Of a DNA stretch of 64,000 bases, positions 13,501 through 25,479 are shown in pieces; position 1 is the stretch's first letter, and every line of letters starts with the position of its first letter. Source of the stretch: Heptranchias perlo (lineage: Eukaryota). The notes beneath the pieces were generated by a model. It had not been told where the DNA came from and did no database searches. It saw only the letters and a list, made by a program, of their open reading frames with translations. A program made the translations under genes and the position numbers. The stretch is from assembly GCF_035084215.1 (NCBI RefSeq), contig NW_027139581.1:496001-560000 (forward strand), given 5' to 3'.

Positions 13501-16500
13501 AGAGACTGGAGTCACGGTCACCACTGGTGGAGTGAAGGGAGAGGAGGGAGGACAAGAGACTGGAGTCACGGTCACCACTGGTGGAGTGAAGGGAGAGGAG
13601 GGTGGACAAGAGACTGGAGTCACGGCCATCACTGATGGAGTGAAGGGAGAGGAGGATGAACAAGAGACTGGAGTCACGGTCACCACTGGTGGAGTGAAGG
13701 GAGAGGAGGGAGGACAAGAGACTGGAGTCACGGCCATCACTGATGGAGTGAAGGGAGAGGAGGGTGGACAAGAGACTGGAGTCACGGCCACCACTGGTGG
13801 AGTGAAGGGAGAGGAGGATGGACAAGAGACTTGAGTCACGGCCACCACTGGTGGAGTGAAGGGAGAGGAGGATGGACAAGAGACTGGAGTCACGGCCACC
13901 ACTGGTGGAGTGAAGGGAGAGGAGGGTGGACAAGAGACTGGAGTCACGGCCATCACTGGTGGAGTGAAGGGAGAGGAGGGAGGACAAGAGACTGGAGTCA
14001 CGGTCACCACTGGTGGAGTGAAGGGAGAGGAGGATGGACAAGTGACTGGAGTCACGGTCACCACTGGTGGAGTAAAGGGAGAGGAGGATGGACAAGAGAC
14101 TTGAGTCACGGCCACCACTGGTGGAGTAAAGGGAGAGGAGGATGGACAAGAGACTGGAGTCACGGCCATCACTGGTGGAGTGAAGGGAGAGGAGGGTGGA
14201 CAAGAGACTGGAGTCACGGCCACCACTGGTGGAGTGAAGGGAGAGGAGGGTGGACAAGAGACTGGAGTCACGGCCACCACTGGTGGAGTGAAGGGAGAGG
14301 AGGGAGGACAAGAGACTGGAGTCACGGCCATCACTGGTGGAGTGAAGGGAGAGGAGGGTGGACAAGAGACTGGAGTCACGGCCACCACTGGTGGAGTGAA
14401 GGGAGAGGAGGGTGGACAAGAAACTGGAGTCACGGCCATCACTGGTGGAGTGAAGGGAGAGGAGGGTGGACAAGAGACTGGAGTCACGACCACCACTGGT
14501 GGAGGAAAGGGAGAGGAGGATGGACAAGAGACTGGAGTCACGGTCACCACTGGTGGAGTGAAGGGAGAGGAGGATGGACAAGAGACTGGAGTCACGGTCA
14601 CCACTGGTGGAGTGAAGGGAGAGGAGGGTGGACAAGAGACTGGAGTCACGGCCACCACTGGTGGAGTAAAGGGAGAGGAGGGTGGACAAGGGACTGGAGT
14701 CACGGTCACCACTGGTGGAGTGAAGGGACAGGAGGGTGGACAAGAGACTGGAGTCACGGCCACCACTGGTGGAGTGAAGGGAGAGGAGGGTGGACAAGAG
14801 ACTGGAGTCACGGCCACCACTGGTGGAGTGAAGGGACAGGAGGATGGACAAGAGACTGGAGTCACGGCCACCACTGGTGGAGTGAAGGGAGAGGAGGATG
14901 GACAAGAGACTGGAGTCAGGGCCACCACTGGTGGAGTGAAGGGAGAGGAGGGTGGACAAGAGACTGGAGTCACGGTCACCACTGGTGGAGTGAAGGGAGA
15001 GGAGGATGGACAAGAGACTGGAGTCACGGCCACCACTGGTGGAGTGAAGGGAGAGGAAGGTGGACAAGAGACTGGAGTCATGGTCACCACTGGTGGAGTG
15101 AAGGGAGAGGATGATGGACAAGAGACTGGAGTCACGGTCACCACTGGTGGAGTGTAGGGAGAGGAGGGTGGACAAGAGACTGGAGTCACGGACACCACTG
15201 GTGGAGTGAAGGGAGAGGAGGATGGACAAGAGACTGGAGTCACGGTCACCACTGGTGGAGTGAAGGGAGAGGAGGGTGGACAAGAGACTGGAGTCACGGC
15301 CACCACTGGTGGAGTGAAGGGAGAGGAGGATGGACAAGAGACTGGAGTCACGGCCACCACTGGTGGAGTGAAGGGAGAGGAGGGTGGACAAGAGACTGGA
15401 GTCAGGGCCACCACTGGTGGAGTGAAGGGAGAGGAGGATGGACAAGAGACTGGAGTCACGGCCACCACTGGTGGAGTGAAGGGAGAGGAGGATGGACAAG
15501 AGACTGGAGTCACGGCCACCACTGGTGGAGTGAAGGGAGAGGAGGATGGACAAGAGACTGGAGTCAGGGCCACCACTGCTGGAGTGAAGGGAGAGCAGGA
15601 TGGACAAGAGACTGGAGTCACGACCACCACTGCTGGAGTGAAGGGAGAGGAGGATGGACAAGAGACTGGAGTCACGGTCACCACTGGTGGAGTGAAGGGA
15701 GAGGAGGGTGGACAAGAGACTGGAGTCTCGGCCACCACTGGTGGAGTGAAGGGAGAGGAGGGTAGACAAGAGACTGGAGTCACGACCACCACTGCTGGAG
15801 TGAAGGGAGAGGAGGATGGACAAGAGACTGGAGTCACGGTCACCACTGGTGGAGTGAAGGGAGAGGAGGGTGGACAAGAGACTGGAGTCACGTTCACCAC
15901 TGGTGGAGTGAAGGGAGAGGAGGATGGACAAGAGACTGGAGTCACGGCCACCACTGGTGGAGTGAAGGGAGAGGAGGGAGGACAAGAGACTGGAGTCACG
16001 GCCATCACTGATGGAGTGAAGGGAGAGGAGGGTGGACAAGAGACTGGAGTCACGGTCACCACTGGTGGAGTGAAGGGAGAGGAGGGTGGACAAGAGACTG
16101 GAGTCACGGCCATCACTGGTGGAGTGAAGGGAGAGGAGGATGGACAAGAGACTGGAGTCACGGCCATCACTGGTGGAGTGAAGGGAGAGGAGGGAGGACA
16201 AGAGACTGGAGTCACGGCCACCACTGGTGGAGTGAAGGGAGAGGAGGATGGAGAAGAGACTGGAGTCACGGTCACCACTGGTGGAGTGAACGGAGAGGAG
16301 GGTGGACAAGAGACTGGAGTCAGGGCCACCACTGGTGGAGTGAAGGGAGAGGAGGATGGACAAGAGACTGGAGTCACGGCCATCACTGGTGGAGTGAAGG
16401 GAGAGGAGGATGGACAAGAGACTGGAGTCACGGCCATCACTGGTGGAGTGAAGGGAGAGGAGGGAGGACAAGAGACTGGAGTCACGGCCACCACTGGTGG

Positions 16501-19500
16501 AGTGAAGGGAGAGGAGGATGGACAAGAGACTGTAGTCACGGCCACCACTGGTGGAGTGAAGGGAGAGGAGGATGGACAAGAGACTGGAGTCACGGCCACC
16601 ACTGGTGGAGTGAAGGGAGAGGAGGGTGGACAAGAGACTGGAGTCACGGCCATCACTGGTGGAGTGAAGGGAGAGGAGGGAGGACAAGAGACTGGAGTCA
16701 CGGCCACCACTGGTGGAGTGAAGGGAGAGGAGGGTGGACAAGAGACTGGATTCACGGCCATCACTGGTGGAGTGAAGGGAGAGGAGGGAGGACAAGAGAC
16801 TGGAGTCACGGCCATCACTGGTGGAGTGAAGGGAGAGGAGGGAGGACAAGAGACTGGAGTCACGGCCACCACTGGTGGAGTGAAGGGAGAGGAGGGTGGA
16901 CAAGAGACTGGAGTCACGGCCATCACTGGTGGAGTGAAGGGAGAGGAGGGAGGACAAGAGACTGGAGTCACGGCCACCACTGGTGGAGTGAAGGGACAGG
17001 AGGGTGGACAAGAGACTGGAGTCACGGCCATCACTGGTGGAGTGAAGGGAGAGGAGGGAGGACAAGAGACTGGAGTCACGGTCACCACTGGTGGAGTGAA
17101 GGGAGAGGAGGATGGACAAGAGACTGGAGTCACGGCCATCACTGGTGGAGTGAAGGGAGAGGAGGATGGACAAGAGACTGGAGTCACGGCCATCACTGGT
17201 GGAGTGAAGGGAGAGGAGGGTGGACAAGAGACTGGAGTCACGGTCACCACTGGTGGAGTGAAGGGAGAGGAGGGTGGACAAGAGACTGGAGTCACGGTCA
17301 CCACTGGTGGAGTGAAGGGAGAGGAGGGTGGACAAGAGACTGGAGTCACGGCCACCACTGGTGGAGTGAAGGGACAGGAGGGTGGACAAGAGACTGGAGT
17401 CACGGTCACCACTGGTGGAGTGAAGGGAGAGGAGGGTGGACAAGAGACTGGAGTCACGGCCATCTTTGGTGGAGTGAAGGGAGAGGAGGGTGGACAAGTG
17501 ACTGGAGTCACGGCCACCACTGGTGGAGTGAAGGGAGAGGAGGGACAAGAGACTGGAGTCACGGCCATCACTGATGGAGTGAAGGGAGAGGAGGATGGAC
17601 AAGAGACTGGAGTCACGGTCACCACTGGTGGAGTGAAGGGAGAGGAGGATGGACAAGAGACTGGAGTCACGGCCACCACTGATGGAGTGAAGGGAGAGGA
17701 GGATGGACAAGAGACTGGAGTCACGGTCACCACTGGTGGAGTGAAGGGAGAGGAGGGTGGACAAGAGACTGGAGCCACGGCCACCACTGGTGGAGTGAAG
17801 GGAGAGGAGGATGGACAAGAGACTGGAGTCACGGTCACCACTGGTGGAGTGAAGGGAGAGGAGGGTGGACAAGAGACTGGAGTCACGGTCACCACTGGTG
17901 GAGTGAAGGGAGAGGAGGATGGACAAGAGACTGGAGTCACGGTCACCACTGGTGGAGTGAAGGGACAGGAGGATGGACAAGAGACTGGAGTCACGGCCAC
18001 CACTGGTGGAGTGAAGGGAGAGGAGGATGGACAAGAGACTGGAGTCAGGGCCACCACTGGTGGAGTGAAGGGAGAGGAGGGTGGACAAGAGACTGGAGTC
18101 ACGGTCACCACTGGTGGAGTGAAGGGAGAGGAGGATGGACAAGAGACTGGAGTCACGGCCACCACTGGTGGAGTGAAGGGAGAGGAAGGTGGACAAGAGA
18201 CTGGAGTCATGGTCACCACTGGTGGAGTGAAGGGAGAGGATGATGGACAAGAGACTGGAGTCACGGTCACCACTGGTGGAGTGTAGGGAGAGGAGGGTGG
18301 ACAAGAGACTGGAGTCACGGACACCACTGGTGGAGTGAAGGGAGAGGAGGATGGACAAGAGACTGGAGTCACGGTCACCACTGGTGGAGTGAAGGGAGAG
18401 GAGGGTGGACAAGAGACTGGAGTCACGGCCACCACTGGTGGAGTGAAGGGAGAGGAGGATGGACAAGAGACTGGAGTCACGGCCACCACTGGTGGAGTGA
18501 AGGGAGAGGAGGGTGGACAAGAGACTGGAGTCAGGGCCACCACTGGTGGAGTGAAGGGAGAGGAGGATGGACAAGAGACTGGAGTCACGGCCACCACTGG
18601 TGGAGTGAAGGGAGAGGAGGATGGACAAGAGACTGGAGTCACGGCCACCACTGGTGGAGTGAAGGGAGAGGAGGATGGACAAGAGACTGGAGTCAGGGCC
18701 ACCACTGCTGGAGTGAAGGGAGAGCAGGATGGACAAGAGACTGGAGTCACGACCACCACTGCTGGAGTGAAGGGAGAGGAGGATGGACAAGAGACTGGAG
18801 TCACGGTCACCACTGGTGGAGTGAAGGGAGAGGAGGGTGGACAAGAGACTGGAGTCTCGGCCACCACTGGTGGAGTGAAGGGAGAGGAGGGTAGACAAGA
18901 GACTGGAGTCACGACCACCACTGCTGGAGTGAAGGGAGAGGAGGATGGACAAGAGACTGGAGTCACGGTCACCACTGGTGGAGTGAAGGGAGAGGAGGGT
19001 GGACAAGAGACTGGAGTCACGTTCACCACTGGTGGAGTGAAGGGAGAGGAGGATGGACAAGAGACTGGAGTCACGGCCACCACTGGTGGAGTGAAGGGAG
19101 AGGAGGGAGGACAAGAGACTGGAGTCACGGCCATCACTGATGGAGTGAAGGGAGAGGAGGGTGGACAAGAGACTGGAGTCACGGTCACCACTGGTGGAGT
19201 GAAGGGAGAGGAGGGTGGACAAGAGACTGGAGTCACGGCCATCACTGGTGGAGTGAAGGGAGAGGAGGATGGACAAGAGACTGGAGTCACGGCCATCACT
19301 GGTGGAGTGAAGGGAGAGGAGGGAGGACAAGAGACTGGAGTCACGGCCACCACTGGTGGAGTGAAGGGAGAGGAGGATGGAGAAGAGACTGGAGTCACGG
19401 TCACCACTGGTGGAGTGAACGGAGAGGAGGGTGGACAAGAGACTGGAGTCAGGGCCACCACTGGTGGAGTGAAGGGAGAGGAGGATGGACAAGAGACTGG

Positions 19501-21390
19501 AGTCACGGCCATCACTGGTGGAGTGAAGGGAGAGGAGGATGGACAAGAGACTGGAGTCACGGCCATCACTGGTGGAGTGAAGGGAGAGGAGGGAGGACAA
19601 GAGACTGGAGTCACGGCCACCACTGGTGGAGTGAAGGGAGAGGAGGATGGACAAGAGACTGTAGTCACGGCCACCACTGGTGGAGTGAAGGGAGAGGAGG
19701 ATGGACAAGAGACTGGAGTCACGGCCACCACTGGTGGAGTGAAGGGAGAGGAGGGTGGACAAGAGACTGGAGTCACGGCCATCACTGGTGGAGTGAAGGG
19801 AGAGGAGGGAGGACAAGAGACTGGAGTCACGGCCACCACTGGTGGAGTGAAGGGAGAGGAGGGTGGACAAGAGACTGGATTCACGGCCATCACTGGTGGA
19901 GTGAAGGGAGAGGAGGGAGGACAAGAGACTGGAGTCACGGCCATCACTGGTGGAGTGAAGGGAGAGGAGGGAGGACAAGAGACTGGAGTCACGGCCACCA
20001 CTGGTGGAGTGAAGGGAGAGGAGGGTGGACAAGAGACTGGAGTCACGGCCATCACTGGTGGAGTGAAGGGAGAGGAGGGAGGACAAGAGACTGGAGTCAC
20101 GGCCACCACTGGTGGAGTGAAGGGACAGGAGGGTGGACAAGAGACTGGAGTCACGGCCATCACTGGTGGAGTGAAGGGAGAGGAGGGAGGACAAGAGACT
20201 GGAGTCACGGTCACCACTGGTGGAGTGAAGGGAGAGGAGGATGGACAAGAGACTGGAGTCACGGCCATCACTGGTGGAGTGAAGGGAGAGGAGGATGGAC
20301 AAGAGACTGGAGTCACGGCCATCACTGGTGGAGTGAAGGGAGAGGAGGGTGGACAAGAGACTGGAGTCACGGTCACCACTGGTGGAGTGAAGGGAGAGGA
20401 GGGTGGACAAGAGACTGGAGTCACGGTCACCACTGGTGGAGTGAAGGGAGAGGAGGGTGGACAAGAGACTGGAGTCACGGCCACCACTGGTGGAGTGAAG
20501 GGACAGGAGGGTGGACAAGAGACTGGAGTCACGGTCACCACTGGTGGAGTGAAGGGAGAGGAGGGTGGACAAGAGACTGGAGTCACGGCCATCTTTGGTG
20601 GAGTGAAGGGAGAGGAGGGTGGACAAGTGACTGGAGTCACGGCCACCACTGGTGGAGTGAAGGGAGAGGAGGGACAAGAGACTGGAGTCACGGCCATCAC
20701 TGATGGAGTGAAGGGAGAGGAGGATGGACAAGAGACTGGAGTCACGGTCACCACTGGTGGAGTGAAGGGAGAGGAGGATGGACAAGAGACTGGAGTCACG
20801 GCCACCACTGATGGAGTGAAGGGAGAGGAGGATGGACAAGAGACTGGAGTCACGGTCACCACTGGTGGAGTGAAGGGAGAGGAGGGTGGACAAGAGACTG
20901 GAGCCACGGCCACCACTGGTGGAGTGAAGGGAGAGGAGGATGGACAAGAGACTGGAGTCACGGTCACCACTGGTGGAGTGAAGGGAGAGGAGGGTGGACA
21001 AGAGACTGGAGTCACGGTCACCACTGGTGGAGTGAAGGGAGAGGAGGATGGACAAGAGACTGGAGTCACGGTCACCACTGGTGGAGTGAAGGGAGAGGAG
21101 GATGGACAAGAGACTGGAGTCACGGTCACCACTGGTGGAGTGAAGGGAGAGGAGGATGGACAAGAGACTGGAGTCACGGCCACCACTGGTGGAGTGAAGG
21201 GAGAGGAGGATGGACAAGAGACTGGAGTCACGGCCACCACTGGTGGAGTGAAGGGAGAGGTGGATGGACAAGAGACTGGAGTCACGGTCACCACTGGTGG
21301 AGTGAAGGGAGAGGAGGATGGACAAGAGACTGGAGTCACGGCCATCACTGGTGGAGTGAAGGGAGAGGAGGGTGGACACGAGACTGGATT
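4545..21390. repeat. 54-bp minisatellite, ~310 copies, consensus GTCACGGYCACCACTGGTGGAGTGAAGGGAGAGGAGGRTGGACAAGAGACTGGA; intronic to the GPCR
   Basis: Directly visible tandem periodicity of 54 bp; gives rise to the 18-aa repeat ORFs of 1000-5600 aa on both strands. Confidence 0.99.
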
Positions 21391-21640
21391 TACAGGAATA
21401 GAGTGTTGAGATTGAAGGGCGGCCCGGAGTTGGTGCACGATGGGATACAGGCAGCATTGTTTTAGGTGAATTGAAGTTTACAGAAGATGGAGGATGGGAG
21501 TCCAGCCGGGGGAGTATTTTTATAATCGAGTCTGGAGGTGATAAAGATTTGAATGAGGCTTTCAAATGTTGATGTTAGGGAGGAGGCAGGTGATGTCACA
21601 GCGGCGGTCTTTGTGATGCGGAATAAATGCGGTGGGAAAC
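21390..21640 (-). mobile_element. L2 LINE fragment continuing on the right side of the minisatellite
   Basis: gaagtttacagaagatggaggatgggagtccagccggg...ataatcgagtctggaggtgataaag resembles 51165-51260 and 23150-23230. Confidence 0.6.
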
Positions 21641-22289
21641 AAGCGGTTTCTGCAGGCTATTTGTCCTGGTATTGGTGAACTAACCCTGGGGTCCGTACTT
21701 CAAATCCCACCAACGTAAATCGTGAAATTTAATTGAAGAAATCTGGTAATTCTATCGCAAAAATAGCCATGCAAAACTGCGAAACGGTCTCTAAAACCTA
21801 ACTGCATCCCACTCTACCCAGACCGACCTACATGTAACTCCATTCCCGAATGAGTGATTGACATTTGATGCCCTCTGATGTTGTCCAGCAAGGCAGCCAA
21901 TTGTAAACAATCGCTACAAGTTTCAATGATTGCAATAAATTCAGATGGATCTGCCATCAGCGACCGAGGAATAGTAAGACTAAACCAATCTCAGTCCGTT
22001 CAGCATTTCACAGTTCTCTTCAATAATATCTGAGAGATAGTTCTCAAGATGGAGATTTGTCCTGAAGACGAGTTAAGCACAAGCCTGACATAATCGTACT
22101 CACAGAATCATGTCAATGAGCAAACATCGCTGATTCCTCCATCTCCATCTTGTCCCACCAGCAGCATAGACCCAAAAGATGTCCAGACCAATGATACAAG
22201 GGGGCATGGATGGAGGAACGCAGAGTTACTGAGACAGGGAGGGGTGTAGCTCTGTTGGAAATTGAACACGCGGAGAACAATCACAGCTT

Positions 22290-23020
22290 CTCCAGTCTCT
22301 CCACATAATTGAAGTCCCTTAACCCTGGTATCATTCTAGTAAATCTCCTCTCCACCCTCCCCAGGACCTTGACTTCCTTCCTGAAGCGAGATGCCCAGAA
22401 TTGGACACAATTGGACAGCTGAGGCCTGACCAGTGATTTATGACCAGTGGTTAGACAACACTTGGAGCACTGTGCGCAATTGTGGTCTCCATATTATATG
22501 AAGGGTTCAGATGCACTGGAGAGAGTGCAAAAATAATTACAAGGATGATACCAGAACTGAGAGGACATAGTTATCAGGAAAGGCTCAACAGGCTGGGGCT
22601 CTTTTCTCGAAAAAAGGGAAGGCTGAGGGGGGACATTGTAGAGATCTTGAAAATTTTTGAGGGCTTGGTGAGGTGGACGGAGAGAAAATGTTCCCATTTG
22701 TCGCGGGGGGCTGAGGTGGATGGCGGTCAACACTGGGGGTCATAAATATAATATAGTCACCAATCAATCCAACAAGCAATTCAGGAGAAACTTATTTACC
22801 CAGAGAGTGTTTTGAATGCAGAACTTGCTACCACAAGGAATAGTTGAAGCGAATAGAATAGATGCATTTAAGGGGAAGTACATGAGGGAGAAATAAATTG
22901 AAGGATATGCTGATAGGGTGAGATGAAGTCGAATGGGAGGAGGCTCGTGTGGAGCATAAACACCGGCATAGACCAGTTGGGCCGAATGGCCTGTTTGTGA
23001 GCTGTAGTTTCTATGTAACA
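22290..23020. mobile_element. CR1 fragments (22290-22440 minus; 22445-23020 plus, with 3' end)
   Basis: ORF 22482 TRMIPELRGHSYQERLNRLGLFS...RLRGDIVE; 3' UTR ggccgaatggcctgtt. Confidence 0.8.
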
Positions 23021-24150
23021 CAAGGATAAGAATTTTTAAATTGAGACGTTGCTCGACCGGGAGCCAATGTCGGTCAGGAAGCACAGGGGTGATGGGTGAA
23101 TGGGATTTAATGTCAGTTAGTAAACGGGCAGCAGAGTTTTGGATGAGCTCAAGTTAATGGAGGGTGGTGGGTGGGATGGCGGCCAGAAGAGCATTGGAAA
23201 AGTCGAGTTTGGAGGGAACAAAACCACGGATCAGGAATTCAGCAGAAGATGGGCTGAGGCTGGGGCAGAGACAGGCGATGTTCGGGAGGTGGAAGTAGGC
23301 GGTCTTGGTGATGGAGAGGATATGGGGTCAGAAGCTCAGCTCAGGGTCAAACAGAACGCCTACTGGTCCGGTTCAGCCTCAGACTGTGGCCAGGGAGGGG
23401 GATGGAATCAGTTGTGAATGAACGGAATTTGTGATTGGGGCCGAAGACAATGGCTTCAGTCTTTCTAATGTTTGAATGGATGAAATTTTTGCTCATCCAG
23501 TACTGGATGTCGGACAAGCAGTGTGAGAAATCAGAGAGAGTGAAGGGGTGGAGAGAGGCGGTGGTGAGGGACAGCTGGGTGTCATTGACATGTGGAATCT
23601 GACTTTGTGTTTTCGGATGATGTCACCGAGGGGAAGCTTGAATATGTGAAATCGGAGGAGGTCAAGGATTGTTCCTTGTGGGACACCAGAGATAACGGTG
23701 TGTGGGCGGGAAGATGAATCATTGCAGGAGATTCTCTGGCCAAGCCTGGATCGAAAGGAATGGAACCAGGCGAGGGCAGTTGGAAAACGGACGAGAGGCG
23801 TTGGAGGAGGATGGTGCGGGCACCCGTGTCAAATGCTGCAGACAGGCCAAGAAGGAAGAGGAGGGATAGTTTTCCACGGTCAGTCACATGGGATGTCTTT
23901 TGTGACTTTGATTCGGGCCGTCTCAGTGCTGCGTCAGCGGTGGAAACCTGATTGGAGAGGTCGCTTATGCATTTGCAGGAAAGATGGGCACAGATTTTGG
24001 AAACGACAACACGTTCAAGGAGAGGAAAGGGAGGTTGGAGATGGGGCCGTAATTTACAAGGACCGAGGGGTCATGGATTTTTTTTTGAGGATGGGGTGAT
24101 GACGGCAGATTTGAAGAGGAGACGAGAGAGAACCGTGAATGAAAGGGTTA
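23020..24150 (-). mobile_element. L2-clade LINE RT fragment
   Basis: ORF 23582..23887 DRGKLSLLFLLGLSAAFDT (L2 LLDLSAAFDT motif); HWLPVEQRLNLKIL. Confidence 0.85.
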
Positions 24151-24908
24151 ACTTTGCCCCTTTGGACATTACATTTGGACATTGTAAGTTTAAACTGCAA
24201 AGGCAGCAATGTGCAGAAACTTTGAGAAGCTTCGGTTTTCAACAACAACTGATCTGAATGAAAGTAACGATGAGCAGAAGCTTCGAAAAGCTTCGAACTG
24301 GCTTTTGTTTCTCAAAACAACTGATCAGAACCTTAACAGATTGCAACTTGGAAAAAACAATGCTGAAACAGTTAGAAACCCTTGGGAAAGACAATTCAAG
24401 TTACTTGTTCACAGGTAACAGGAGTTTTAAGGTCTGCTGGTTATAGTTAAAGACACTGATCTGTGGAAAGCAGCGCTAACAGATAGGTCACCAATACACT
24501 CTGAAATATTGGACAATATCCAACAATGATTCAGCTCCAGGCAGCTGTCTTACTCTATGAACACATATTTCTGATCCGATACTAGGGTTCAGTGCAGAGA
24601 GCAGACGGCAAACTGTTCAATAAAGAGAATCGTCCACCAACATTCCTTGTGTACGAGACTCAAATAACAGGCAAATCCTAAAAAATGACCATCAGTTGAA
24701 GAAAGTCATAAAAAGAACAGACTGTTCATTGGACTGGGACCAATGAATCGGGAACTGTTCACATGTTACATGAAGGAAACAAGGTGCATTACCAGACATT
24801 GAACAAGAGGATTACACTGAATACAATTAATAACCGGGTCTAAAGGACAAGGACAGTAAATACAGTTAAATATGGTTTACAGAATTAATTGCTGAAATAA
24901 TGACTTAC

Positions 24909-25005
24909 CAGGAACACCAACAGCAGCGAGGAGCGGATAGTAAATCTTTTGTACATGATAAATTGCCCACAGAATCCGAAGCTCAGTTGGAACAAACAAG
25001 AACAT
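24909..25005 (-). CDS. GPR139-like GPCR exon 1 (MFLFVPTELRILWAIYHVQKIYYPLLAAVGVP)
   Basis: 97 bp (32 codons + 1 nt) ending in donor G|gtaagtca; G+TG gives V-N-L-V-T-I-V-I-L, completing TM1 with exon 2; total CDS 996 nt, 331 aa. Confidence 0.85.
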
Positions 25006-25479
25006 GATTTCATTATCTGTGAGATCCAATGATCACTGTTTGTTCTGGAGGCAAAGCTGCATCAAACAATTTGCTGTGACGCCTTGGAAACAGTCCTTAT
25101 TTATGGCCTGAGGGAACTCTCCAGTGAGACAATTAAACGACACATTGACATTAATTAAGGTCAGTAAACAAACAGGTCGGCTTAATCCCTCAACACCATC
25201 ACTCCATATTGACAATTATAGATAAACAAGCATTTTACTGATGTGACGTGAAGCTACCGAAAGTTCTGAATATTAGTAAAAGAAAATGACGTAAAAAAGA
25301 AAATCTGAATCCCGCAGTCTTGCAGTGCTGATGTGAAGAGAGAGCATCTTCACTGACAGAGTTCAGATTATTTCTGTGATATGAATTCAGCCGGCAATTT
25401 CAGAATGTTTCAAATACGTTTTCTGGGGTGGAGTAAACAAAAGTGCAAAAGACAACAAGGATAGATTGAAGCAGATCAA

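Noticed and set aside
4545-21390. Minisatellite as an Ig switch region or CRISPR-like array
   Set aside because: It lies 16 kb downstream of TM2 with no C exons beyond it, lacks AGCT hotspots, is C-rich on the IgM sense strand and has no unique spacers; ACTGGTGG is only a one-mismatch Chi look-alike
4394-21565. Giant ORFs (2130, 5681, 5631, ~1000 aa) as real protein-coding genes
   Set aside because: They are translations of a 54-bp tandem repeat with no signal peptide or non-repeat domain, are flanked by LINE sequence and lie inside the GPCR intron; kept only as a low-interest finding
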